64,000 bases of DNA from an uncultured Thermoplasmatales archaeon (GTDB lineage Archaea; Thermoplasmatota; SW-10-69-26). The position numbers and the translations under genes are program-made. The stretch lies in NCBI GenBank assembly GCA_964581775.1, contig CAZOQA010000002.1:21125-85124 (forward strand), written 5' to 3'. Below the pieces are notes generated by a model that worked only from the letters and a program-made list of their open reading frames with translations, was not told the DNA's origin and made no database searches. Shown here piece after piece: positions 44,665-53,691 of the stretch. Every line of letters starts with the position of its first letter. Within the stretch, counting starts at the first letter, position 1.

Positions 44665-46641
44665 TTAGGGGTCCTCCTCGAGCAGGGCGCGGGCCAACTG
44701 GCCCCGGTCCAGGATCGTGTCGTCGTCGGCCAGGGCTAGGTTCGCGTCTTGCTCCTTCTCGAGGATGATGTCCGCCATGCGCTCGTCGATCGTGCCCGGC
44801 GTGACGAAGAACTCGACTTGAACGGGCTCGGATTGCCCGATGCGGTGCACCCGGTCGATCGCCTGCCGGTGCACGGCCGCCGTCCAGCCCAGGTGCGCGA
44901 AGATCACCCACCGGGCGCCTGTGAAGTTCAACCCGATGCCGCCGGCCTCTGTCTGCGCAAGGAGCAAGCTGGGCCCATCGGGGTCCCCCAGCCGGCGGCT
45001 GATCCGCTCACGCTTGCGCGGGGGCGTGTCCCCGTCGATCCGTGCGCTTGCCTCGGGGAAGGCGTCCTCGAGCTCGTCCAGCGCGTCCAGGTAGTGCGCG
45101 TACACGACGACGCGTTCGCCCGCGTCGAGCAGCTCGCGGATGCGCTCTTCGAGCACGCTGTGGCGGTGCTCGAGCAGCGTTTGCCGGAGCTTGTGGATCT
45201 GCGCGAAGATCTTCACCTCGCTGTCGGCGCTGGCCATCACGCGTCGCGCGTGGCGGGCCAGCTCGTCGTACGCGTCCCGCTGGTCGTCCTCGAGCTCGTG
45301 GCGTCGGATCGTGATGGTGCGCTCGGGCAGGTCGTCGAGCACCTCCTCCTTGCGTCGTCGGAGAACGACGTGGCGCGTGGCGTCCTGCAGGAGGTCCGCG
45401 GTGGCTTGCCGGACCTCGGGGTGCTTGGTCAGCATGGCTCGGTCGCTCATCCAGGTCTCGCGGAAGCTGGCCGCGTCGGGCCATCGGTCTTCGCCGATGT
45501 GCAAGAGCAGCTCATTGTAGTCCTCGAGCCCGTTCACGATGGGGGTGCCTGTGAGCAGGAGGCGGTGCCGTTGGGGGAGGTCCTTGACGAGTTCGGCGCG
45601 CTGCGTGTCGGGGTTGCGGACCTTGTGGGCTTCGTCGAGGACGAGGATGGGTCGCGTGGCGGCGTCCGTGTCGCGCCAGTCGCGGTAGCGGAGGGAGGCG
45701 TACGTGGTCACGCGGAAGCGGGCTGCGTCGTTATCGTCCACGTCGCGTCCGTGCCAGAGCGCGGCCGGTTCCCCGGTGAAGCGCTGGATCTCGGAGGCCC
45801 AGTTGTGGAGGACGTTCGCGGGGCATACGACCAGGGCGCGCTGGTCGGCCAGGAGGACCGCGGCGATGGTCTCGACGGTCTTTCCTAGGCCCATCGCGTC
45901 GGCGAGGATGGCATTGAGGTTCGTCCCCAGAAGGAAGCTGACGCCTTCTCGCTGGTAGTCGCGAAGCGTGCCTTGGAACCCGGGGATGCGGGAGGGCAGC
46001 TCGGTGGCGGGGCGCTCGTCCTTGTACCGGTCCGAGATCTCGTGAAGCTCGAGCAGGAACTCGCGCGCCCGCCAGGTGTCCTCGTCGGGGACCCCGCGCA
46101 AAAGCTGGCTGACCTCTTGCTTGACCGGGTCCGGGTGCTCTTCTTCGCCCTCGGGCTCGGTGAACCGTTCCAGCGCGCGGCGCAGGTAGCGTTTGTCAGC
46201 TTCGACCCGGTGCTCGTGCGAGGGGTTCTCGGCGGCGAACGTGCCCAGGTCCGCCAGGGCGCGCTTGAGGATCGCTTCAGGGTCCTCGTCGCGCCGGGCC
46301 AGGTCCACGACGTCCTCCGGGTCCAGGGGTCGAACGTCCTCGTAGCGGGTCGTCTGGTCCTCGACGTCCGCCAGGGAGGGTTGCCCTTGGGCCGGCACGA
46401 GGGCCCCGCCCATCATGCCAAGCGCGGTCTCGAGCTCGCTGAGGCCCTCCCTGGGGATGCGGGCTTTGACGGTCGCGGCTGTGGGTTCAAGCTCGAGCGG
46501 GGCCCCCAGGGAGCGCAGCTGTCGCCACGTGGCCTTGCGGTCCGCGCGAGGATCGGCAAGATCCAGGACCAGCTCGTCGTCCTCGACCACGTACTCGACG
46601 TCCACGCTGGCCGGGCACCAGGCGCCGCGTACTTCAACCAT
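44665..46641 (-). CDS. SWI2/SNF2-family ATPase (archaeal Rad54-like)
   Basis: LRDYQREGV, LADAMGLGKT, VLDEAHKVRN, LLLTGTPIVN, GGIGLNFT and QAIDRVHRIGQ. Start placed at MVEVRG (ATG 46641). Confidence 0.9.
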   Translation of the reverse strand: MVEVRGAWCPASVDVEYVVEDDELVLDLADPRADRKATWRQLRSLGAPLELEPTAATVKARIPREGLSELETALGMMGGALVPAQGQPSLADVEDQTTRYEDVRPLDPEDVVDLARRDEDPEAILKRALADLGTFAAENPSHEHRVEADKRYLRRALERFTEPEGEEEHPDPVKQEVSQLLRGVPDEDTWRAREFLLELHEISDRYKDERPATELPSRIPGFQGTLRDYQREGVSFLLGTNLNAILADAMGLGKTVETIAAVLLADQRALVVCPANVLHNWASEIQRFTGEPAALWHGRDVDDNDAARFRVTTYASLRYRDWRDTDAATRPILVLDEAHKVRNPDTQRAELVKDLPQRHRLLLTGTPIVNGLEDYNELLLHIGEDRWPDAASFRETWMSDRAMLTKHPEVRQATADLLQDATRHVVLRRRKEEVLDDLPERTITIRRHELEDDQRDAYDELARHARRVMASADSEVKIFAQIHKLRQTLLEHRHSVLEERIRELLDAGERVVVYAHYLDALDELEDAFPEASARIDGDTPPRKRERISRRLGDPDGPSLLLAQTEAGGIGLNFTGARWVIFAHLGWTAAVHRQAIDRVHRIGQSEPVQVEFFVTPGTIDERMADIILEKEQDANLALADDDTILDRGQLARALLEEDP

Positions 46642-46741
46642 GCCCACGGGGGAGGCGTTTTGGTGGGGGAGGCCTCTTCGGCGTGCGCAGGCGGGGGGGC
46701 CTTGCGGTGCCTTGCCCCCCGCCGTGTTGGAGGTTGAAGGG

Positions 46742-47296
46742 ATGAGACGAAAGCTGTTCGCGGCCGCGTTGAGCTTGAGCATGATCGTTGCCCTGGCCCC
46801 GGGCCTGGCGGCCTCAGACGCCTCGGGAGAGACGGTGGGCCTGCTGGTCACGGACGAGGGCATCCAGGAGGTCACGGAGGCCCAAGCAGAGGCGTTGCAG
46901 GCCACCGAGCAGGCCCAGTCCTCGCAGTGCGGCGGGCTGGCACCCGTCGAGACGTATTGCCACGCCGGGGACCTGGAGCGACAAGCCTTCGCCTTGCTGG
47001 TCCTCTGCGAAGCAGGCGACCGCTACACGGGCACGATCGAGGTCCGCCTTCACCAAGAGGGCGAGGACTTCCAGTGGAAGTGCACCGTGGTGAACGGGCA
47101 GTTCCAGGGCAACGAGCGCATCGGGCCCACGCCGGACGCGGGCGAGACGTTCATGCATGAGACGTACTCGTACGTGCCCCAGGACGCGGACGCCCTCGGC
47201 GAAGCCGGGTCCCCCATCTGGGGCCTCTTCGACGGGGACCCGGACGGGACGCCCGGAGGCGTCGGCGAGTGGGGTGGGTACGTCGAGACCTGGTGA
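46742..47296 (+). CDS. Small secreted four-Cys protein (unknown function)
   Basis: Signal MRRKLFAAALSLSMIVALAPGLAA with GGAGGT 6 nt upstream of the ATG. This is the real part of ORF 46415..47296. Confidence 0.6.
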   Translation: MRRKLFAAALSLSMIVALAPGLAASDASGETVGLLVTDEGIQEVTEAQAEALQATEQAQSSQCGGLAPVETYCHAGDLERQAFALLVLCEAGDRYTGTIEVRLHQEGEDFQWKCTVVNGQFQGNERIGPTPDAGETFMHETYSYVPQDADALGEAGSPIWGLFDGDPDGTPGGVGEWGGYVETW

Positions 47297-47416
47297 CCCG
47301 CATCGCGCGGCACCGCAAGCCCGCGCCCCCCAACCAACCCAGGGCCCGCGGGACCCCGTCGCCCCCGGGCGTCCCGGGAGAAACTACGTGAACCCCCAGC
47401 CGGTTGCCCCTCATCG

Positions 47417-49054
47417 ATGCGGAGGCAATCGTGGATCCTGCTCGCCGGCGCAAGCCTCCTGGTCCTCCTTGCCGGGTGCCTGGGAGCGCTGGACAGCGTC
47501 GACGAGGACGGGTTGAGGGACGACGAGGACGCGACCGTGGCCTGGCACGAGGCCGCGCTCCCCCACGGGGATGAGCATGACCACGCCAACCGCTCCCACC
47601 ACGAGGGCCTCACCACGCCCAACTTCCACGTCCGCGGCTACAACCCGCTTTTCAGCCCCTTCTACGACGCCCCCGCCGGCTCGTACTTCTGCGGGGACGC
47701 GATGACCACCGAGGACGACCGGCGCCTGGCCGTCGTCGAGAGCCGAAGCCAGGTCGGGTTCGCCATCGCCGACGTCACCGACCCGGACGACCCCCGATGG
47801 CTGGGCGAGCTCGTGCTCCCCAGCACACACGTCTACGACCTTGCCGTGGCCCCCGACGGCGAGCACGTGATCCTCGCCACGAGCAACCTGCACAACGACG
47901 CGCAACCCGACCTGCCCGACCCCACGCTCCCCTTCGGCCCCGACGCTGAACGACAGGCCGCGGAGAGCCCCGTCTGGATCTCCCCCTGCAACGACGAGCC
48001 CGTGCCCCTCACCGGGGACGCGCTCCAACACGAGATCCCGCGCCCCATGAGCGCGCTGCTTGTCTCCATCGAGGACCCCGAGGAACCCCAGATCCTCGAA
48101 CAACAACCCCTCGTCGGGAACGGGCACAGCGTGTTCATCGACCGCTTCGACGGCGAGGACTGGGTCATGATCACCACCAGCCGCACCCCCAGCCCCCAAA
48201 GCCCCCCCGTGGTCAGCCACAACGCCGTCAGCGCGTACGAGTTCTTCCGCCTGCAAGAAGCCCCCCACGGGGCCACGATGGAACGCGTCACCACGTACTC
48301 CCCCCCGCCCGACGAGAACGCTCTCGAAGAAAGGCCCCTGGGCCCGCGCGGGCACGACGGGTGGATGAACATCCACCCCGCCACCGGGGACCTGACCGCG
48401 TACCTCGCCGGCGGCGAACGGTTCACGATCCTCGACATGAGCACCCCCCGCGCGCCCCAGGAGCTCAGCCGCTGGAGCCCCCAAGGCCCCGGAACCGCCG
48501 CCGAGACCGGGCTCTTGCACAGCGCCTGGGCCCCCGACGAGCTCTGGAACGACCGGCACTTCACCCTCATCGGCCCCGAGCACCACGAACGCCCCGGGCC
48601 CTACCCAACCGGCCTGATCTGGGCGCTCGACACGACCGACCCCACGGACCCCCAGCTCGTGGCCGGATGGACCCTGCCCGCGCCCGTCGAATGGAACGGG
48701 ACCTACATGTTCAGCAACCACTACTTCACGGGTCACAACCAGACCCTGTACGTCTCCCAATACCACGGGGGCCTCTGGGCCGTGGACATGGCGCCCCTCC
48801 AGCAGGATCCCGACGCGTCGGACGGGCTCATCCACCTGGACTCCATCGGCGCGTTCATCCCCGATCGCGAGCCGCCGCAAGAACCCGCCGTCGAGCAACG
48901 CTGGGCCCCCACGCTCGAGGAAGCCCTCGCCATGCCGGACGGGACCGTGGTCACGTTCGACGGGAACGCCGGCCTCTACGTGGTCGACTTCGACGAGGAC
49001 GCCCCCATGCCCGCCCCCGAACCCTGGCCCGTGCACGACCCCACCGCCAGCTAG
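47417..49054 (+). CDS. Lipoprotein with LVIVD-like beta-propeller repeats, paralog 1
   Basis: Lipobox LLAGC and His-rich WHEAALPHGDEHDHANRSHHEG. Repeated GF/L-x-I/L-x-D-x-(S/T)-x-P-x-x-P units (FAIADVTDPDDP, LLVSIEDPEEP, FTILDMSTPRAP, WALDTTDPTDP). Confidence 0.7.
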   Translation: MRRQSWILLAGASLLVLLAGCLGALDSVDEDGLRDDEDATVAWHEAALPHGDEHDHANRSHHEGLTTPNFHVRGYNPLFSPFYDAPAGSYFCGDAMTTEDDRRLAVVESRSQVGFAIADVTDPDDPRWLGELVLPSTHVYDLAVAPDGEHVILATSNLHNDAQPDLPDPTLPFGPDAERQAAESPVWISPCNDEPVPLTGDALQHEIPRPMSALLVSIEDPEEPQILEQQPLVGNGHSVFIDRFDGEDWVMITTSRTPSPQSPPVVSHNAVSAYEFFRLQEAPHGATMERVTTYSPPPDENALEERPLGPRGHDGWMNIHPATGDLTAYLAGGERFTILDMSTPRAPQELSRWSPQGPGTAAETGLLHSAWAPDELWNDRHFTLIGPEHHERPGPYPTGLIWALDTTDPTDPQLVAGWTLPAPVEWNGTYMFSNHYFTGHNQTLYVSQYHGGLWAVDMAPLQQDPDASDGLIHLDSIGAFIPDREPPQEPAVEQRWAPTLEEALAMPDGTVVTFDGNAGLYVVDFDEDAPMPAPEPWPVHDPTAS

Positions 49055-49084
49055 GACGACCGCCCTGCGCGCATTCCCCAACAC

Positions 49085-49090
49085 TTATCC
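49085..49090 (+). promoter_or_regulatory. TATA-like box (TTATCC) for the FKBP-like lipoprotein gene
   Basis: First T is 31 nt upstream of the ATG at 49116. Confidence 0.3.
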
Positions 49091-49115
49091 AAGCTGGACT
49101 CAAGGGGGGTCTCGC

Positions 49116-50399
49116 ATGCTACCCGCCCGAGTGAACATCGTGCTCGCAGCCTCCCTGCTGCTCCTCGTCGCCGGGTGCGCCCAAGTCGACGACGGGGCAG
49201 ACGGCGAGCACGTGGCCGCGATGACGATGAGCCCCGGCACCAACGCTTCCACGCTGTTCCTCGCCGAAGAAACGGACATGGACCCCGCCAACGTGGACGT
49301 CACCGTCGACGAACCCGACGGGCTCGACGTGTCGCTCTCCGACCGGTTGCAAGCCAACGACAACGGGACCCTCGCCGGGTGGGTCACCGTCGACGCAGCC
49401 TCCGACGCGGACGAAGGACAACACGCGGTCACCATCGAGCTCGACGACGGGGAAGACCCCCAAGAGCACCAGCTCACCGTGACCGTGGAGGAACCCGAAG
49501 AGCCCTTCGAACAGGGCGAGAACGCGCAACTCCGGTTCTCCGCCATCACGCAAGATGCGGAGCTCGCCTTCACAAACAACGAGACCGTCGCGAACGCGCC
49601 GCTGGCCGAAGCCGACGGGTACCGGGACCCCCAATCGTTCCAAGCCTTCGGCCCCATCCCGCTTAACCCGCAAGGCCAACTGCCCCAACCCATGATCCAA
49701 GCCGTCATCGGGGCCGGCGTCAACCACACGGTCGACGCGGACGTGCCCGAAGCCTTCGGTCCCGAGTTCCAGGAGCAACGCCAACCCCGCGAGGAGACCC
49801 TCGACCGGGACACGCAAGTCCCCACCACGATCGAGGTGCCCCGCGCGCAAGCCGAGACCCTTCTCCCCCCCGACCCCGAAGAAGGGGACGAGGTCGAGCT
49901 GCCCGTCACCGGCGACCAAGACCACCCGCTCCCCTACGAGATCACGGAGCTCAGCGAGGAACAGGTCGCCTTCGAGATCGCGCTCCAGCAAGGCGACACC
50001 GTCACGGTCCACGAACCCTGGCCGGATGCCTCCGAGGTCACCGAGGTGGGCGAGAACGACACCATCATCCGCACCACGCCCCCCGACGAGGAAGGAGCAA
50101 CCCTCACCTGGAACGAAGACTGGGGCGAAACCACCGAGGTCGCCGAGGTCAACGAGACCCAAATCGTGCTCCGCCACTCCCCCGACGTCGGCACCACGTA
50201 CACACAAACCAACCCCCAGACCGGGCAATCCACGCAGATCGAGATCGTGGACGTCACCGAGGACGAGATCGTCACCGAGCAAGAGAACCCGCACCCCCTC
50301 GCCGGAGAGACGCTCACGTTCATCATCACGCCCGAACAGCGCGCCGAACCCCCCCAACAACCCGGACAACCCGGGCAAGGCGGCCAAGGACAACCCTGA
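49116..50399 (+). CDS. Lipoprotein with SlyD/FKBP-like peptidyl-prolyl isomerase region and Gln/Gly/Pro tail
   Basis: Lipobox LVAGC. AVIGAGVNHTVDADVPEAFG and the C-terminal NPHPLAGETLTFIITPE resemble the FKBP core (NHPLAGK-L-F signature), split by a long insert. Ends in PPQQPGQPGQGGQGQP. Confidence 0.55.
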   Translation: MLPARVNIVLAASLLLLVAGCAQVDDGADGEHVAAMTMSPGTNASTLFLAEETDMDPANVDVTVDEPDGLDVSLSDRLQANDNGTLAGWVTVDAASDADEGQHAVTIELDDGEDPQEHQLTVTVEEPEEPFEQGENAQLRFSAITQDAELAFTNNETVANAPLAEADGYRDPQSFQAFGPIPLNPQGQLPQPMIQAVIGAGVNHTVDADVPEAFGPEFQEQRQPREETLDRDTQVPTTIEVPRAQAETLLPPDPEEGDEVELPVTGDQDHPLPYEITELSEEQVAFEIALQQGDTVTVHEPWPDASEVTEVGENDTIIRTTPPDEEGATLTWNEDWGETTEVAEVNETQIVLRHSPDVGTTYTQTNPQTGQSTQIEIVDVTEDEIVTEQENPHPLAGETLTFIITPEQRAEPPQQPGQPGQGGQGQP

Positions 50400-50470
50400 C
50401 CCCTCGGTACCGCGCGTGACCCTCCGGGGCAGGGACACCTACAAAAGGCCCCAGCCCCACTCGGCCCAGG

Positions 50471-52054
50471 ATGCGCGCCGCGTGGACCCTGCTCGCCCTC
50501 GCCCTTGTCCTCCTGGCAGGGTGCCTTGCCCTCCAGAACGACCCCGAACCCGCCCGCACCGACGCTGCCCCCGAGGCCCCTGCCTGGCACGAAGCCGCCC
50601 TCGCCCACGGGGACGACCACGACCACGCCGACCCCGCCCACCACGAAGGCCTCACCACGCCCAACTTCCACACCCTCGGACACGACCCCCTCGTCACGGA
50701 ACGCTTCGGCGCCTCCCCCGGCGGGTCCGCCTGCGCCAGCGTCGACGGCGACGACGATGAACGCATCGGCGCCCAGAAAGCCGGCGACAACCGCGGAGTC
50801 GTCCTCACCTCCCTCGACGACCCCGCCCACCCCGAGTACCTGGGCGAGTTCTACCTCACCGGCACGTACGTGTACGACGTCGCCGTCGTCCCCGACGGCG
50901 AACACATCGCGCTCGTCACCACGCAACCCCACCCCCCACCCGACGACGAGAACCCCCTCCCCCTCGACCCCCTCACCCCCACCGACTCCCCCACGCTCGA
51001 ATGGGAAAGCCCCTGCACCGACAGGCCCCTCGACCTCACCGCCCAAACCACCGACCCCCTCCCCCGACCCGTCAGCCTCATCCTCGTCGACGTCTCCGAC
51101 CCCGCCCAGCCCGCCATCGCCGACCAACGCCCCCTCACCGGCCTCGGCCACAGCGTGCACTCCACCACCGCCGACGGACGCACCTGGGTGCTCGCCGTCA
51201 CCGACACGCTCGCCCCCAACACGCGCCACTTCCACTTCCACGAACTCACCACGATCGCCGACCAAGCCACGCTCGCCCCCCTCTCCGTGTACTCCGCCAA
51301 CACCGCGCCCGACCACCTCGACTACCTCACCGGCCACTCCGACGGCTGGATCGAAGAACACCCCCTCACCGGCCAACCCCTCGCCTACCTCGCCGCCGGG
51401 CCCGCCTTCGAGATCGTGGACCTCACCACCCCCCACGCGCCCGAACGCATCGCATGGTGGTCCGACATCGGCCCCGACAGCGAAGGCGACCACGTCTTCC
51501 ACTCCGTCAACACCCACTGGGACCCAGACGCCCAACGCCACTACGCCATCGTAGGCCCCGAAGCCGGAGACCGACCCGCCACCGGCCCCAGCGGCGTCGT
51601 CTGGGTTCTCGACACCACCGACCCCACCCAACCCGAACCCACCGCCGCCTGGACCCTCCCCACCGACGTCGAATGGGACGACCGCCTCCAGTTCAGCAAC
51701 CACTACATGACCGTCGCGAACGACACCCTCTTCGTCTCCACCTACCACGGAGGCATCTGGGCCGTCTCCCTCGACGGCATCCACAACGGCACCCCCGACG
51801 ACCCTGCCCTGCTCGACAGCCTCGGCGTGTACCTGCCCACCAGCGACGACGCCGTGCACCCCCGCCAAGGCTGGCGACCCTGGACCCCCACCGTGCAAGA
51901 CGTCTACACCCTCGACGACGACACCCTCGTCACGTTCGACGCCAACAGCGGCGTCCACACCTTCACCTTCGACACCGACGCCCCCATGCCCACCCCCGAA
52001 CCCTGGCCCATCCAACCACCCCCCAACGTGGACGCACCCCCCACCCCCCGCTGA
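50471..52054 (+). CDS. Lipoprotein with LVIVD-like beta-propeller repeats, paralog 2
   Basis: Lipobox LLAGC and WHEAALAHGDDHDHADPAHHEGLTTPNFH. Collinear with 47417..49054 (YVYDVAVVPDGEH, LILVDVSDPAQP, FEIVDLTTPHAP, VLDTTDPTQP). Confidence 0.7.
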   Translation: MRAAWTLLALALVLLAGCLALQNDPEPARTDAAPEAPAWHEAALAHGDDHDHADPAHHEGLTTPNFHTLGHDPLVTERFGASPGGSACASVDGDDDERIGAQKAGDNRGVVLTSLDDPAHPEYLGEFYLTGTYVYDVAVVPDGEHIALVTTQPHPPPDDENPLPLDPLTPTDSPTLEWESPCTDRPLDLTAQTTDPLPRPVSLILVDVSDPAQPAIADQRPLTGLGHSVHSTTADGRTWVLAVTDTLAPNTRHFHFHELTTIADQATLAPLSVYSANTAPDHLDYLTGHSDGWIEEHPLTGQPLAYLAAGPAFEIVDLTTPHAPERIAWWSDIGPDSEGDHVFHSVNTHWDPDAQRHYAIVGPEAGDRPATGPSGVVWVLDTTDPTQPEPTAAWTLPTDVEWDDRLQFSNHYMTVANDTLFVSTYHGGIWAVSLDGIHNGTPDDPALLDSLGVYLPTSDDAVHPRQGWRPWTPTVQDVYTLDDDTLVTFDANSGVHTFTFDTDAPMPTPEPWPIQPPPNVDAPPTPR

Positions 52055-52115
52055 CGCCCCGCTCGAGGGCGGGATTTTTCACCCCGCAGCCCACTCCTCG
52101 TCTCGGAGGCTTGAC

Positions 52116-53024
52116 GTGAGGCTGACCTGGACCGCTCTACCCATCCTGCTAGGGACCCTAGCGCTGGTTGCGACCGTGGCCGCCGCGAACACCACGACCG
52201 AGGACCCCATCGGCGAGATCCAGGATCCCACGGGTCTGGCCTGTGCGAGCATCAGCCAGGACGTGGCTTGCCACGTGCTCTCCGCCAGCGGCACGGGCAA
52301 CGCCAGCAACGAAGCCTCCTGGTGCGGGTTGGGCGGGTACAGCCTGCCCGTGGCGTGCATCGCTCTGTCGGGCACGGGGGATGCCACGAACCGCGCCTCG
52401 GTCTGGTGCGGGTACGGGTTCACGGGTGCTGGCGTCGCGTGCATCGCGGTCACCGGCACGGGGGATGCGTCGAACGAGGCGGGGCCCTGCGGGTCGCGCG
52501 ATGGGGATTTGGTGGGCGTCGGTGTGGGGTGCGTCGCGGTGAGCGGGACGGGGGATGCAGAGAACCGCGCGGGTGCGTGCGGGTTCGTGACGGATGGCGT
52601 CGCGGTGGGGTGCATCGCGGTCAGCGGGACGGGTGATGCGTCGAACGGTGCCGAGGGGTGTGGCGTCGCGGGCGGCGTGTTCGTGGGGTCTGGGGGCCTT
52701 GGCGTGGGGTGCGTTGCGGTGAGCGGGACGGGGGATGCGTCGAACGAGGCGGAGGGGTGCGCGGGGGGCGGGCTGGGTGTGGGCGTGGGGTGCTTGGCGG
52801 TGAGCGTGTTGGGGGATGCTAGCAACGGGGCGGCTTCGTGCGGGGAGGGTCGGATCGGGGCGGGCGCTGGGTGCGTTGCGGTGAGCGGGATGGGGGATGC
52901 GTCGGGCGCTGTCGCGGTCAGCGGCACGGGGCATGCTGAGGGGGAGGTGGCGTTGAGCGGGTGCCAGGTGGGCCGGCAGGCGGGTGTGGGGGCGGCGTGT
53001 TGGAGCGGCGGGGTGTTGGGCTAA
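52116..53024 (+). CDS. Secreted Cys/Gly-rich repeat protein (about 8 units of C-[IV]-A-V-S-G-T-G-D-A-S-N-x-A-x-x-C)
   Basis: GTG start 6 nt after GGAGG. Signal ALPILLGTLALVATVAA. 18 Cys. No family recognised. Confidence 0.7.
   Translation: MRLTWTALPILLGTLALVATVAAANTTTEDPIGEIQDPTGLACASISQDVACHVLSASGTGNASNEASWCGLGGYSLPVACIALSGTGDATNRASVWCGYGFTGAGVACIAVTGTGDASNEAGPCGSRDGDLVGVGVGCVAVSGTGDAENRAGACGFVTDGVAVGCIAVSGTGDASNGAEGCGVAGGVFVGSGGLGVGCVAVSGTGDASNEAEGCAGGGLGVGVGCLAVSVLGDASNGAASCGEGRIGAGAGCVAVSGMGDASGAVAVSGTGHAEGEVALSGCQVGRQAGVGAACWSGGVLG
52269..52964 (+). repeat. In-frame tandem coding repeats, period 27-33 codons
   Basis: Unit-initial Cys at residues 52, 81, 109, 139, 166, 199, 226 and 253. 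The second Cys lies 16 residues later in five central units. Confidence 0.75.
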
Positions 53025-53036
53025 GGCTCGGGGGCG

Positions 53037-53666
53037 TTAGCCGGGTCGTGTCCCGTGTACATGCAGGGTCCCGTGTTGGGCTTTCCAGTCGGCGGTGGCG
53101 TCGTGGTCGACGCGGATGCGTTGGGTTCGGACGTCGTGGAAGCGGGCTTGTTCGAGGGCGTGTTGCCATTCGGTTTCGGCGAGGCGGTGCATGGGGACGC
53201 CGGTGTCGTCGGGCCATCCGTGGCTTGCGGGGTTTTCTTCGTAGTAGTCGATGAGCGCGTGCAGGGTGCCGCCGGGTTTGATCACGCGGTGGGCTTCTTG
53301 GAGGGCGGCGTCGAGGCGGGGGGCGTAGTAGAGGGCTTCCATGCTGAAGGCGATGTCGAAGCGTTCGGGGGGGAAGGGGAGCGCGTCGAAGGTGGCTTTC
53401 GCGTACCCGGCGCGGGGCGTGGCGTGGGCGCGTTGGAGCATGGTGGGGGCGATGTCGATGCCGATCGCGGTGGCGCCGCGGTGGGCGGCGGCGTGGGTGG
53501 CCCACCCGTTCCCGCAGCCGAGGTCCAAGAAGCGTGCACCTTCGAGGCGCAGCGTCTCGAGCACGGGGCCTCCGGTGAGGGCGTGCCGGGTTTGCATGCC
53601 TTCGTCGCGGCCTTGTTTGGCCCACGCGTCGAACACGCGGGCGGTGTCTTTGACGCGGTCGGGCAT
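53037..53666 (-). CDS. Class I SAM-dependent methyltransferase
   Basis: Motif I FLDLGCGNGWAT and post-I GIDIAP. Confidence 0.75.
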   Translation of the reverse strand: MPDRVKDTARVFDAWAKQGRDEGMQTRHALTGGPVLETLRLEGARFLDLGCGNGWATHAAAHRGATAIGIDIAPTMLQRAHATPRAGYAKATFDALPFPPERFDIAFSMEALYYAPRLDAALQEAHRVIKPGGTLHALIDYYEENPASHGWPDDTGVPMHRLAETEWQHALEQARFHDVRTQRIRVDHDATADWKAQHGTLHVHGTRPG

Positions 53667-53691
53667 GCGTCGTCGTCCTCGGAGAAGGATC

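Noticed and set aside
43270-46641. SNF2 ATPase next to an S8 protease as a candidate defence system (DISARM/BREX-like).
   Set aside because: The genes are convergent, so they are not an operon. No methyltransferase, PLD nuclease, DUF1998 or other partner genes are present. The SNF2 protein looks like the common archaeal Rad54-like housekeeping type.
52078-52090. 13-nt exact repeat TTCACCCCGCAGC at 52078..52090 and 63968..63980.
   Set aside because: Both flanks mismatch immediately. In 64 kb of biased composition, tens of 13-mer coincidences are expected by chance.
52269-52964. Possible CRISPR array or non-coding tandem repeat around 52.3-53.0 kb.
   Set aside because: The periodicity is 81-99 nt, in frame, with variable unit length. 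It translates into a coherent Cys/Gly repeat protein with a signal peptide. There is no repeat-spacer structure and no cas genes.
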